Part shown: piece after piece, positions 14,067 through 28,843 of the stretch
Layout: every line of letters starts with the position of its first letter
Position numbering within the stretch: the stretch's first letter is position 1
Assembly: GCA_012295275.1 (NCBI GenBank)
Contig: CM022667.1
Location: 868,001 to 932,000, forward strand
Origin: Chrysomallon squamiferum
Lineage: Eukaryota; Animalia; Mollusca
Direction: 5' to 3'
DNA: 64,000 nt
The notes under the pieces: generated by a model
What the model saw: only the letters and a program-made list of their open reading frames with translations
Told to the model about the DNA's origin: nothing
The model's database searches: none
Program-made: the position numbers and the translations under genes

Positions 14067-14151
14067 AGGTAAATGCCTATCATTAAGCTGTGGACTAATC
14101 ACAGCAGTTATTTTATGTAGGTGTGTGCCTTCCCATAGACAGCAAAACATA
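14061..14151 (+). mobile_element. Short interspersed repeat fragment, copy A (inverted relative to 16767-16860)
   Basis: aatgagaggtaaatgcctatcattaagctgt...gtgtgtgccttcccatagacagca matches the reverse complement of 16767-16860. SINE-like identity is inference. Confidence 0.65.
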
Positions 14152-16751
14152 GATTTTGAAAAAGTTATCATAAGCTGAAACTAGAAAAATATATAGATTT
14201 TTCAAATAAATTTGTGTAATCTGGTATCAACATAAGACTACATTTTCTGGCTAATATAAATAATTGATAATAAAATGTTTAAAAAAAATAAAATAAACAG
14301 AAGTAAATTTAAAAAAAGATAACTGCTTTCATGGATAAAATATTGGTAATAAATGACTGAATAAATATCAGAAGATTCATAAAACAATTAAATAAAAATA
14401 TTCTCAGATAAAATGCATTTATATGGCTAAGATATTGGTAATAAATTTTAAAACTATTCCTGTAAATGTGTGAATTGGTTGAATGCAAAATAGCTTGTTA
14501 ACATTAATGTTTGTGTTTATGACTGAAATATTGGTAATAAATTGTTAAAAAAAAATTACTTCTATACATTTGAAGTATATAATCTGTTAAAAAAAAAATT
14601 ACTTATCAAAAACAGAAAAAAGAAAATTTTTTGTTGTAAAGTTATTAAGAGTTATAGATTTAGAATATTAATGTTTGCAAAACTTTTTTGTTTGTTGTTG
14701 TTGAGTGTTATAAATGGACAATTTACTGATATATTAATGGTTTGATTTAACTGATAAACTATGTGAGGTTATGAAAAAGTAAGACACTTCTAAACAGATG
14801 AGCATTTGTTTTTTTAAATTTATAGACAAGATAAGTAAAAAAAAAAATCACAGACTGTTCAAAAACTGATTTCGGAAATTAGTGTATTGATAGTTTTATG
14901 ATGTAATGCAATCTTGTCTTATAGTTTATTAAATAAACGAAAAATAATAAAATTCTGGGAAAAAAATGGTGCAGTTAAAACTACAGACTTTTTTTATTTC
15001 AAAATCATTTTATTTATTTATTTATTTATTTATTTTAAATTTATTTTTGTTGTTTATTTATTTATTTAGATTTTTTTTTTTTTAGGAGATCTTGTTTAAT
15101 TTGTTTTTTTTTATAGATTTTTTAAACTTCTTATTATATAAAAACATAAATATTTACTCTTTTTATCATTTCTCATATCAATGACTCTTCTGGCATGTTT
15201 TGAAATAATAAAATCTTCTTTCTTTCATTTATAATTTATATATATATATATATATATTTTATTTTATTTTATTTTATTTTTTTGTCTCCATTTTCTTCAA
15301 CTCCCATTTATTATGTTAAATATAAAACTACACCAATTTTTATTGTGTTTTTTTTTATTTTATTTTTTATTTTTTATTTTTAATTGTCCTGTTTTGCCGT
15401 TATGTGTGTGAAATTATGCTTCTTGTACAGGTAGCACACCTGCCAAAGGTGCGTGACGGGGCAGGTAACAGTCAGGTAACACTGATCCAGGTGTCATTGT
15501 CATCATTAACTCAGATTGCCAGTCTCCAAGAACGGTTGCTAGGCTCCGTTGAAGCATATCGTGACACATAACCATGAAGTCAAGAGATAAGATGATAACA
15601 GCACAAGCAAGGGCAAAAGCTCAGAATGCTGCCGTTATCGTTTGTTTAAAAAAAAAAAAATAATAATAATAATAATAATAAAGTTTTAAAATCTCCTCAG
15701 ATCACTGATTTTTTTTTTTTAAGTTGTGGGATACTGAGGTAGTTATTTTTGAAGTTTGATAATAATTTGTATTTTTTTTTAAATTTTTGTTATCCTTGTT
15801 TGTATTGTTAATTAAAGTTTTGATGGGATGATGGGTTTTTGATTAGTTTACCCAAGTCAGAACCATTATTTTAGAGATATTCATGATTATAAATTTTTAA
15901 AAATTATTTTTAAAATGTTTTAAAATAATATTATTTTCTCTAGTGATATATATTAATATCATTTTTTTTAATTTATTATTTTATTTTTACATTTAAAAAA
16001 AAACATTATTAGTAGCAGTAATAGTAGCAATAGTAACAGTAGTAGTAGCAGTAGTAGTATCTGTGTAGTTGTAGTACTGGTATTAGCATTAGTAGCAGCT
16101 GTAGTCACAGCAGTAGTTCTTCTGATAGTAGTCATAGAAAGTAGTAACAGCAGTACTAATAGCAGCAACAGCAGAAGAAATAACACCAGCTTCAAATAAC
16201 ATCCTTAATATTTACTTTCTCACAAGAAATTTAAAACTTTCTCAATCCCTGTTGCCTTGGGTAACCTCCAGACACATCCATCATTCTGTGGTTTTGGGGA
16301 GGTGACAAATGTTTTTATAACTTAACTAAATGCACACCCAAATGTCCTGGATCTGCGAGCAGGGTGTGATTAATTGCCCCACTCCCTTTTCAAGATGAGA
16401 AGACGATTTCTGTGCATGCCGATGTCATGAATATTAAGATGCACTAAACAATATGGGATTTATGTGGTTTAAAATATTGCTCAAATTTTGAAAATTTTTG
16501 GCAAAATAATTTTAACTGGTTTGTTTGTATCATTTAACACTTTAGTACTCATATCTTTTATCTGTATCATTTATCTTTTTTGTCTTTATCATTCAGCTAT
16601 TTTTTCCTTTATCATTTAGCTTTTTTTTTAATCTTTATCATTTAACTGTTATCATTATCATTTCATCATTCTTGTTTTATGTTGGAATCAAATTTCACAA
16701 ACTTATTTGAATTCTCTATTTCTTTTTCTAGCTTTTGGTTATCATTAATTT

Positions 16752-16860
16752 AATCAAAGACTGTGGTATGTGTTCTGCTGTCTATGGGAAGGCACACACA
16801 TATATAGAGATAACTGCTAAGAATGACAGACAGCTTCATTATAGGCGTTTACCTCTCATT
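16752..16860 (-). mobile_element. Short interspersed repeat fragment, copy B
   Basis: Reverse complement reads aatgagaggtaaacgcctataatgaagctgt...gtgtgtgccttcccatagacagcagaacacatacc. Confidence 0.65.
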
Positions 16861-17599
16861 ATTATTATTATAACAAAATCTAACACTCAACATTTTTGGT
16901 CTTTATCGTCCAATTCTTTTATCATTTTCATACAATTCTTTTTATCTAATCACAACATTAACTCTTGTTTTTTATTGGTTCCTCAGTCTCAAATTATAAT
17001 ATTCTTAAACTTATAAATTAGCCTTGATGTCAACCATGTTGACTTTACTGTTGTCCTGTATATTTGTTCCGCTTTGAGATAACATGGTAGGTATCATTTG
17101 GTGCATGTAAACATTTGAGCTATGATGATTTTTCTCTATAACAGCTGAGTGTGTGGAATAAACGAGGTATTTGTCATGTATTATCATATATGACATTTAT
17201 GTGTCTTGTCAGTGACAGCTGAGAATAGAGGTACATGACATCTATACACGTAAATTGCCAATGACGTTTCTTTCAATATATTTTTATTTTTTTCCACTTC
17301 AATGTATCTCTGTTGTTTTCTTAATTTCATTCATTCAGTCATTATGTCATTCTTTCCATTTTTTATAGTATTTTTCATTCATCGGTCATTCTTGATTTTT
17401 TTCTTTTTCTTTCGTTTTATCTTTATTTTCTTTATCATATTATGTATTTCATTCATTTAGTCCTTAATGCTTTTCATTCCTCCTTCATCATTCTGTTTTT
17501 TTTTCATCTATGCTTTATTTTTAACCCATATCTTTAAGGCAGTACATTCTTATGTTATTCAATCCTGTATCTGCTACCCAAATAATTATTTCGTTTATC

Positions 17600-17960
17600 A
17601 ATCATTTATTCAGTTAAAGAATTCTGAATTCAACATTAATGTCCACAAAATTCTTAATTCAGTTCTCCTTTATTTAGACAAAGAATTCTTAATTTATTCA
17701 GTCCTTTTTCTTAATGTTCACTAAATTCTTAATTCAATCCTTCTTTATTCGGACAAAGAATTCTTAATTTATTCAGTCCTTTATCTTAATGTTCACAAAA
17801 TTCTTAATTCAATCCTTCTTTATTCAGTGGAAGAATCCTTAATTTATTCAGACCATTATCTATTCATCTAATCCTTTTATTTTATTCAGTTAATGAATTC
17901 TGATTTTATTCAGTCCTTGTCTGTTTACTGAATTCTTAATTCTGTTCAGTTCTTTATTGA
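17600..17960. repeat. ~75 bp tandem repeat built from aattcttaatt(t)attcagtcct subunits
   Basis: Directly visible recurrence. Confidence 0.8.
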
Positions 17961-18389
17961 ATAACTGTCATCATTCATCCAACATTTTATTTCCATCACA
18001 CAATCCTTTTATTCAGCAATTTTTATCCTTTTATAATACTTTCCTCTTTTTTTTCCTTTTATTGTTTCTTTATTTTCATCTTACTTCATTCCTGTTTTAA
18101 TGTTATAGATTCAAGCCAAATAAATCACCATAAAAACCAAATTTTAAAAACAAATAAAATATGTTAAAAAAAAACAAATAAAAAATTTAAAATTCGTGAT
18201 AAATTTATATTTTATGTCTTTTCAAGCCCTGACCTAATTGGCAGTTATTTCTGCTGGAAGAGATTATGTAACTAACTGGCTGCTACCCAGAACTTTAGCA
18301 GTTGCGTAGACAAGACACATTTTTTTATTTTTTTATTATGTTAGTAATTTTTATACTAACAGACAGCACAATCCACACCCTCTAAAAAC

Positions 18390-18620
18390 AAAAATTGTTA
18401 ACAGTATTTAAAAAATTTCATACCTCAAATTGTAAACAGTTTTAAAGAATCTAAAAATTCCCCAAAATTGTGAAAAAGAATTAATTTTTTTTTAAAAATC
18501 CCCAAATTGCATTCAGTATTAAAGAATCAACATTCACCAAAATAGTAAGCAGTATTAAAGAATTTTAAACATTTACCCGAAATTGTAAACAATATTAAAG
18601 AATTATTTAAAATCCTAAAC
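18390..18620. repeat. ~38-40 bp degenerate minisatellite (aaattgtaaacagtattaaagaat)
   Basis: About six copies. Confidence 0.75.
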
Positions 18621-20355
18621 TTATCAGTAGTTTAAAAAACAAAAAAAAAAAAAAAAAAAAAAAAAAAATAATAGAATTAATTTTTATATATGGAAAAAAC
18701 AAAAGGTTCATGAATCTTCAGGATTTGTGATTGTGAAATGACAAAAAAAAATTGACTTCAGATCTCGAAGAAAGATTAATAAATAAAAATTAAAACAGTG
18801 AAACCTTCCAGTTAAAAAAAAAAAAATGAAATATATATATAATAGTTATCAATAGAAAATAATAGTTTTCTTTTTCTTATTTTATTTAAAATTAAAAAAA
18901 AAAAAAATTAAATTCAGTCCAAACTGACTCTTCATATTTTTAAATTTTATTTTTTTAAAACTTGTAAAATAAAAAATGAAATAAAAAGCCAGTGAGTTTA
19001 CATTACTAAGCATAATCTGATAGAATAAAAAATAAAAATAAAAACATGAATAATATGCTAGACTCAGTAAACCATCTTAAATATCACAAGACTGCTGGCA
19101 TTGATCGATAAACAGTAGTTTTTTTATTTCTTTAAATTTCTAAGTTAAATTCACCCTCTGTTCAACCCTTCATCCATATGGTTTTCCCACAGCTCTCTTT
19201 TATTTTTTTCTTCTTCTTTTTTTTTTATTTTTTTTTTATTTGTTAGCAAATGTTCTGCTTATTGGTTGCTTTCAATAAAAACGGCTTCTTTTCAAAGCTT
19301 TTCAATATATCAGCATTGTTGTAACGGTACTATACCATAGCTTCAGTGTCCCGAAGTCAAAAGCCATTTTATACACACATCAGGGTACGTCAGCTTTGCA
19401 AAGCAGCTGATCCAAAGCAGTACATACAACATACACACACACATACACATACATATCTGAGTGTGTGTACGGGGTATTCTTGGCAGGTAACCCAGTCCAT
19501 CCATTCGGGTCCCCGCCCACCTTTGACGGTGGTTTTTTTGTAATCAAAAGGATGCTGCCCAGACTTGTTTCCTTGCAGTCTGCGGTTGTGGCGACCAAGT
19601 TATGTGTTGTTCGCTGTTTGTGTATTCAAAGATGTATTGAACAGCTTACTGTTTGCACAGCTCAGCCAAGCAATAAATACATTCTCCCATCTCCAACTCC
19701 GCATTGCCCAGCAGCCAGTAGGGGTGGACTGTGGGTGGGGTAAATAAAGGTGGAGGGTGGGATTTTTTTTAGGGGGGGAGAGAAAAAGAGAAAGAAATTC
19801 CAACCAGTCTTAAATGAAAGTTAGCTCAGATACGATAATGGGTATTTTTATAAATAGAAAGAAGAACTGGTTGGTGAAAAAAAAAAAAAAGAAAAATAAA
19901 GTAATGATTGATCTAGGAAAAGATTTCAGTTCAATGATATTCGGTGAAGTGAAAGAGAAAAAAATTTAAAGCAATATTTTGCATCCTGGTTGCTAGGTAC
20001 ACAGTCATTGATCAAAGTCCAGAGCATGGCCACTTCAGTAGAAGCAGAAAGAACTTGACTTAACTCTTTTTTTTCCCCCCTCATTCTAATATATAACGAA
20101 AGTGACACTTATCAGTAACTTTCCTTTTTTTTAATTTTTTTTTTATTGGTTTTGGGTTGAAGGGGATGATGGAGCTGATTACATATTTGATAAGGTTACT
20201 TGGAAAATAAAGAATTAATAAGATTTTGACAAGGAGAAAAAAAAAAAAAGAAAAAGGGTAGGATAAGAGGGTAAGGAGGAAGAGAAAGAAAAATAGAAAC
20301 TGTGTGTGAAAGAGAGAGCAGAAGAGAGACAAAAAAAGGTATAAAGTGTGTTTGA

Positions 20356-20393
<38 letters not shown>

Positions 20394-21374
20394 CAGAAAC
20401 AGAGAGAGAGAGAACAAAGGATAAGATTACATTTAAGAGAAAAGAGAGTGATTTTTCTCATTCTTTACATAACAATTAACAGAAAACTATTTAATTGTGC
20501 TCTAGATGTCTGAATAAAATAAGACATTAATGTCAATGAAATATCATGGCTGTCATGGGTAAAACACAGGAGAAATGATTGTCGACTAATAGAACTGTTA
20601 ATCTGAACCATAATAAAATCTTTCCTCTCACATAGTCAGTATAAACCCTGATTACTGCCAACATATCTATTAATATATGTGATCGTATGACAAGAAAATA
20701 CTTCCTGAGGTAACTTGGGTTAATCCTTACAAACATTTCGATACCACTTAACACTGAATGATTCATGTCATTTTTCCATCATAAAGCAGTTCTTGAAGAT
20801 TCCTTTTTTTAATTTTTTTTTCTTTTTTTTTTTTATGTATGTTAACCAGCATACATTACAACACACTGGTTAAGTATTCGGGTTTTAAAAATGTGTAGGT
20901 AGTGAGATCGCATCCCCAAAACCATTTCTTGTCCTTCCATAACTGATGGCAAATAAGATTTTTCTTCTAACCTTTTAAGAATACTAACTCTGAGCACAGA
21001 TCCAGTCTTCTCAAACTCTGCCACCAATACTGATACATACTTTATCACCAAATTAGCATATTAAAAATATTCATGTCATGGTTTTGTTTTACTGAATGAC
21101 AGTGAATTATCTTTCCCCACAGAATTACCAATTCGTAATTCATTGTGAAAGCTCGTCTATGTAATACTGGCATACTGAACAATGGACTTGCGGTTTTGGT
21201 TATCACGAGTAGTCATTTTTTATAAACCAAAGTAGTAAATATAAACCCCACAAAAAGACTAGTTATACTTTTACTTAGTACTGCGTAAGTAATAAAACAT
21301 TGTTTAAAAATAAAGTTTTTGAAAAACCACTGATGTTATTGTTACCATCATCATCATCATTATCATTATCATCA

Positions 21375-21432
<58 letters not shown>

Positions 21433-22099
21433 ACTTTTTCACTTTTAAAATATAGACTGTAATGATTATTTTTTTTTTTTTTTCTTCTCTAATTCTCTCT
21501 CTGTCTGTCTGTCTGTCTGTCAGTCTTTGTCTCTGTCTAACTCCATCTCTCCCTGGATATAAATTATGAATATACTGTGTTCAAGGTTATGAATAATTAT
21601 TTTTAATATTCATAGTTATATATAAATGCAAGTTAGGATGTTATTTGTGACCACCCAAATAGGGCCTCAGATGCCAATTTTAAGATTACTGGCAAGAAAG
21701 CTTCAGGTGGTTAATAGATCCTAATAACCCCAACAGTATATTAACCCAGACAACAAAGACAAATAAAAAAGATAAATAGAAAGAATTTGGATAGAAAAAA
21801 AATAAGAATGTATAATAATAATAATAATCTAGATAGTTATCTACACATCTGTGTTTGTGTCATACATATTTACTTCCTTATCTGTACATATGCATACACG
21901 CACATACATGTACACCAATACACACATACCTGCATACATACATACATAAATACATACATCTACATATAAATACACATGCATGAACATACAAATACATAAT
22001 ATGCATGTATTTGTAAAAATAGACAAACACAAATACATCCACATACATATCAAACACACAATATACATATCAAACACACAACGTACATATCAAACAAAC

Positions 22100-22134
<35 letters not shown>

Positions 22135-22791
22135 CACAAGCCAGTCAACATACCCACACAATCATGCACACTACTGATCCATCACCATGGATTAGCTCGG
22201 CAAACAAAAAAAACCCGTTACATACAAAACGTATTGTATCTGGGGATGGGGGTTTCGTTATCAAGATATCCCACCACCCTACCTTTGGCAAGTGATCAAT
22301 TGACTGCAATAAAGGCAGGGTGGTTGGTGTGTGTGTGTGTGTGTGTGTGTGTATGTAGATGGTGCAGTTATATAGCTTACATAGCTATGGGGAAAAACCT
22401 TTTTTTTTTTTTTTTTTCTTCTTTTCCAAGGAAGCTGTTGTGACGGGGAACAAAAGCTTTTTCTGGGTTCATTGCTCAGATGTGCGTGCATGGAGAAGCC
22501 CATATTAGATGACGCCAATTAAGGTCATCGCCTGCATTCTAAGCGGAGGTGCGAGCTTTGCCATGGCCACGGTACATTCGATCAGTAACGGGTGCTGTGT
22601 GTTCGTAGCCGTGTGCTCTTTTGTGTAATGCACTGCTGAAAAGAGAAGCCAGTTCCAACATGTTTTTAATTGCTGGCCAAGGCGCGATAAATGTACTGTT
22701 GCAGCTATTGTCACATCAGATTTATAGCGAGAATAATAAAAAGTAATGTCTTCTACAAAACGCTGTGTCTCTCTGTGTCTCTCTCTCTCTG

Positions 22792-22848
<57 letters not shown>

Positions 22849-24234
22849 CTCTCTCTCTTTCTCTATCTATCTCTCTTTCTCTCACCTTTGTTTTTTTTTG
22901 TCCTTATCTTCTTTTTTTACTCTTCAAATTCTCGTCTTCCAGAGATATATTTTTGTAAACATTAGATGCATGAGAACCTGTATTTTATGTTCATTTTTTT
23001 TTTTTTTTTTTTTTTTCTCTGATGGGTTCAATGTTATGCAATTCATTTACATAATTTTTTTTTTTTTTTGTTTTGTTGTTGTTTTGTCGGGTGTTTGGTT
23101 GTTGTTGTGTTGTTGTTGTTTTTTTTGATGAGTTTGCCATAGCAACAGCTAATAGTGTTTGTGTGACATCGTTCAGTTCGTATCCCGAGATAAAATGTCT
23201 GTGTTTTTAAAAAAAGGTTTTACTCCAGGTGAAGAAGGAGAAATAATGTGAATATTTTATTTTAAAGTTTTAGAATTAGTTTTTTGGATCTTAATATAAG
23301 TTAAATGTTATCACAGAATTTGTTGTCTGTTGTTTTTTCCCCATTTGCTGTGAATATCATGAACCAAAATAAAATGTTTCATATTCATACTTAATTCACT
23401 GTGTTTTAACATGTTCATACTGAAGTTAATTAGTTGGGCTTTTTTTCAGGTCTATTCTGAATCTGCTGTGTTTTGTCATGTTCATTCTGAATTTATTAGT
23501 TGTTTTTTTAATGTTCTTACTCAATTTGATTAACTTTTTCTTCATGCTGAATTTGTCTAGTTTTTATTAACGTTCATACTTGAATTTCATTAGTGGTTTT
23601 TTTTTTTTAATAACTGAACTTTATTTAACACTAAGTTAATCTATGTATGCATGCATGTGTATATATATATATATGTATCAGTGTATGTGTTTGCATGACT
23701 TGAACATTTTAATTAAAAAAAAAGTGCAGAAAAGTGCACTACTTGGACAAGCAAATTCATTACTGTGGATGCTAGTGTTAGGTAAAAAAAAAAAACATGA
23801 CACATGATGCAATTATTTCCATATGTCGCGGGTGTGTAATTATCATTCAAATGATGTAGGGCTATGAAGAAAACAATGTGTGTCCTAATGCTCTCTTCGT
23901 ATTGCTTACTCTGGCATGTAATGTCATCGACTGGGGGCTATAGATAGATAAAAGATGATTCTTTGATACAGACACATCCCACATGATGAATGACAGCAGA
24001 GATCAAGCAATGCTGGAGAATGATGGATGAAGATGATACCAGTTTTTAGTGCGATCTCCCGAAGGCACATCACTTTAGATTTGTATACCTGCAATAAAAG
24101 CTATTTCTGTACATCACTTCTAATACAGACTGTCACAGATAAAAAAAAAAAAAAAAAAAAAAACAACTAGAGATGGGTTGTGGTACATTTTTTTTCATAT
24201 GTTGTGTAGTATATATATATATAAAAAAAAATAT

Positions 24235-24630
24235 AGCAGTTTTACTAGCAATAGGGAATGTCATTTGTTTCCTTATGTTCTAGTAAGAATAACAGTTTTT
24301 ATAAAGCAATGTGGGATGTTCTGTTTTTCATGCATTCTTGTAAAAATAATAATAATAATTTTACTAGCAATATGAAATGTCAACGTTTTCACACTTTTGA
24401 GTAAAAATTATAATTTTATAAGCAATATGGGATGTTCCTAATTTTCATATATTGTAGTAAGAGTAATAATTTCACAAACAATAGATTGAAGCAAAAATGA
24501 TTTTACAAGCAATAACTTACTTAGGATGCCCTATATTTTGAGTGCAATTTAATAAAAGTAATGGTTTTACAAGCAATATCCGGGATGCCATGTTTTTCGT
24601 ACATTGTAAAAATCATTGTTTTTCAAGCAT
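24235..24630. repeat. ~58-60 bp degenerate minisatellite (ttttacaagcaatatgggatg)
   Basis: agcaat core recurs at about 60 bp spacing. Confidence 0.78.
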
Positions 24631-24829
24631 GGTGCTGTAGTGTTATAAAAACAACAGAAGCAATGTTTGAGGATCCTGTGTAGATATTTCTACATCTTAC
24701 ATGTCACATGGCATGTAGCTGTGCTAAATCCATTCAAAAGGAAAAATATGTAAACTCTTTTTATCTTTCTGATTCTCTAATATCTCTATCTCTGACTTCC
24801 TCTCTCTCTCACTCTTCATCACTGTAGGT

Positions 24830-24878
<49 letters not shown>

Positions 24879-26754
24879 TTCTCTCTCTCTCATTTTCTCT
24901 CTTTCTCTTTTTCTCTCTCTCTTTCTCTCTCACTCTCATATACTCTTTCTTTCTTCCAATTTGTTCTGCTTACCTTCTTTCTTTCCCTCTTTCTTTCTCT
25001 CAGACACAATAAACACAGAGCTGTTTGCAGCAGTAAAACTTTATAAAAAAATACAAAAATACTTAAAAATTAAAAAAGAAATTTAGCAGCAAGATATGGT
25101 GGCAAGAATTATGCTGAACCACAAATTTCACATTCCCTGTTTAAATCAAGCAATTTCATCCTGGCTAAATTTTTTTTTTTTTTTTTTACTTCGCATGTGT
25201 CTCAGAACTCAGTTTTAAATGTCGAGATCAAGACTTGAAAATAAAAAGTTAAAAATAAAAAATAAAAAATGCACCAAGCCACAAGACAGCTAGGTGAAGA
25301 AAATGAATGTTTATTATTATTATTTATTTTTTTAATTAAAAAAAAAACAAACAAAAATCTTCTCGATCATTATTCCATCCGAATTCCCTTCCTTCGAAAA
25401 TTTATTTATATTTATTTACAAACTTTTCAATTTTTTTTTAAAAGTTTAGAAATATTTCCAGACTATCATTTTACTTGTATTTTTTATTTGTTGAGATGTA
25501 TATTTTTTTAAAACAATTGCTTGAGCTAAATAACATCGGTTACTCAAAAACGAGGAGAACCATTATCTTTGCATTGATAATTTTCATGTCTGGGATCTTT
25601 TTGGCCATTTACATTTTACCTGCATTAAAACTTTTTTCCTTGATTTTTCGTCAGCATTCCTAATGCAGAATGTTAAAATTATGTAGGTGACTCATGCATG
25701 CTACACCTTCACATTTGCAGTGGTTTTCACCTCTTTTGTATGCCCATCATCTGATACTGGAGATATCAACAAAAGCCTGTGCAATATTAATCTGCATGTC
25801 GTTGTGTTATTTTTCCCATGCAAGGTTACCCATCTCTGTGTTTTTAATTTTAAAAATGATAGAAACAAAAAAAAAAGGAGAAGACATAATGACCTTAAAA
25901 AAGTCCATCAGTCTGGGTTTTTATTTTTTATTTTTATTTTTTTTAAACCTTCTCTGTTTTGTGTGGAGAAATGCCATACAGGTTTATGCATGTTTCTGGC
26001 AGTGAAGTTTAATGTTATAACAGATGTGAAGAATACTTTATAGAGAGGTAGTCAGAACACATTTAAATAACTTGTAAAAAAATCTTCGAACTTTTGTTCA
26101 GGCAAGTTAATACATTTTAGACTTTTTAACGCTTTATATATGTATTGGTGGTTATGTTTGTTTGTGTATGTGTATGTGAGTGTCTGTGTGTATGTATGTA
26201 TGTATGTATGTATGTATGTATGTGTTTGTGTGTGTGGATGTGTGATATTTTACATGTTAAACATGCAGACACATACAAAAATCCATACATACATGCATTA
26301 CATATACTACATATACACACACATACATGCATACACACACATTCACACACACATAAATGCATTTATTCACACAGATGCATACATTCAGACATACACTTAA
26401 ACACACACACAAAACTAAAATACTATATGAGATTATAGCAAGTCTATGTGCTTTTATGAACAATGTTAAATGCAATTTATGATGCTATTAATGTTATATA
26501 ACATATTCATTCTATTAATATCATTATTTAACAGTCACATCTTTTTTTTGGGTATCCTTCTGTTATTAGTGGTGACAATATCAACTGATATTTTCCAGTG
26601 CAGAAATATAATAAAATGGTGTTGATCTTTTAAATCCATTGACAAAAATATAATTTCTTTTGTACTCATGATTTTTTTCCATTATTAGCATTAACAAAGA
26701 TAATTTAAATAATCCAGTTTGAATCTTAAGAAAGTTCTATCCAAAAGAATGTAT

Positions 26755-27385
26755 GAGTATTACATTTATTACCATTCAAATAAAATGATGTTGATAAATA
26801 CATAATTCTTTATTGTTATTCAAATAGTATTGGTGTTGATGTTATCAATAATTATTTATACATATTTTTGATTTATTATTATTTAAATAGAATAGTATTG
26901 ACAATTCTAGAATTATATTTATAGATATCAAATTTATTATTATTCAGATAAAATGTTTTCAGTGATATCTTGAATTACACATACAAATTAACTTTATTAT
27001 TATTCAAATACAAATGTTGATGATATTTATAATCAAGTATACATATTTATTATTATTCAGCTAAAATGGTGTTGACAATAACAAGAATTAAGTATACATA
27101 TCAGATGAATTATTATTCAAATTAAAATGTTGATGATATTTACAATCATGTCAACATATTAACTTTATTTTTATTCAAACAAAATTTTTACAATATCTCG
27201 AATCATAATCTTCAAAATTATGTCAATTTTTTTATTCAACTAGATTGGTGCTGACTATGTCAAATTTATCTTTATTCAAATAAAATGTTGACAATATCTC
27301 AAATCATCTCTACTATATTATGTTTTTATTATTATTCATCTACATTGGTGCTGACAACATCAAATTTATTCTTATGCAAATGTAA
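26755..27385. repeat. ~55-60 bp degenerate minisatellite (tttattattattcaaataaaatggtgttgacaatatc), followed by (CA)n at 27400-27475
   Basis: About ten copies. Confidence 0.8.
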
Positions 27386-27398
27386 ATGATGTCTGTAA

Positions 27399-27476
<78 letters not shown>

Positions 27477-27878
27477 TTTATTTATTATTATTCTCGTGCA
27501 CCCAAGACATCTTTATGTTTTTCTAACCCATTCTACTGTCACTACAACAAACGAACGACAGTATTAAGTCTTTCTCGTACACGATGGTGAAAGCTGACTC
27601 TCTGCGCTGACTGACTTCAGTGAAACTCTGTAAAGATGTACAGCAGTCCTTTTCTATAGCTTGGTGTTAAGAGATGGCACATTTGAGTCATCATCTTATC
27701 GCCCAGGTCGGGTTCATAAACATCTGCATCAGTACCCATTTCACACTGTCAGGCTTTTCTGTATTCCTTGCCTTCCCTAACTAATCCAATCTGTGCCTGT
27801 TACATATGTCTGAGGGGGCTATAAATGTACAGTGAGAAGGTATCCCTGTTTCAGAGGAGTGTGATTAAATGACAATAA

Positions 27879-27912
<34 letters not shown>

Positions 27913-28195
27913 CGCTCATCCTGTTTGGACAAGTTAGCCTTGTTTATTGAGATGTTGCCTGGCTGATTCAGTTGTGTGTGAGTGTTTGTGTGTGTGTATA
28001 TGTATATATATGTGTGTGTGTGTGTGTGTATGTATAGTGTATGTATGTGTGTATGTTTGTGTATGTATGTATGTATGTATGTATGTATGTATGTGTATGT
28101 ATGTATGTATGTATGTATGTGTGCATTTGTTCTTATATAGATAGATAGATAGATAGAGAAAGATAGATGGAGAGATAGATACACATTTGTGTGTA

Positions 28196-28228
<33 letters not shown>

Positions 28229-28792
28229 GTGTTTTATGGACCTTCAGACTTGCTTCCCAAATTATACACACCTACAAAAACAATTTGTTAAATTTTACCA
28301 GTATCATTTCAGATAGTAATATTACAGGAATATGCACATATAGACAGACAGATACGTACTGAGTGTTAGACAAATATAGACTGCACCAGTTTACAAAGAA
28401 TAAGCTGTTATTTTTATCAGCTACACTTCCTAATTTAAAGATCTCATAATATTTGACAAATCTTAGGGAGTGGACTTTGGTCCATTGGTTAGAACATCTG
28501 TTTGATGGATCACAAAAACAATATAAATTGTTGTGGTGCTTCCTGTACCAGTTATTGCCCTTATCAAAGACCATTGTTTGTTTTTTTTAAATTTATTTTA
28601 TATTTATTTTATTGTATTTGTTTGTAATAATTATTCATTTATTTTATTTATTTATTTATTTTTGTATTTTATATTTATTTATTTTAATGTTAATTGTTTT
28701 TTTGTTTTTTTTAAATATTGAGATATTGATTTATTTTATTGATATTTATTTTATTTGTTTATGTATTTATTTATTTTATTTATTTATTTCAT

Positions 28793-28843
<51 letters not shown>

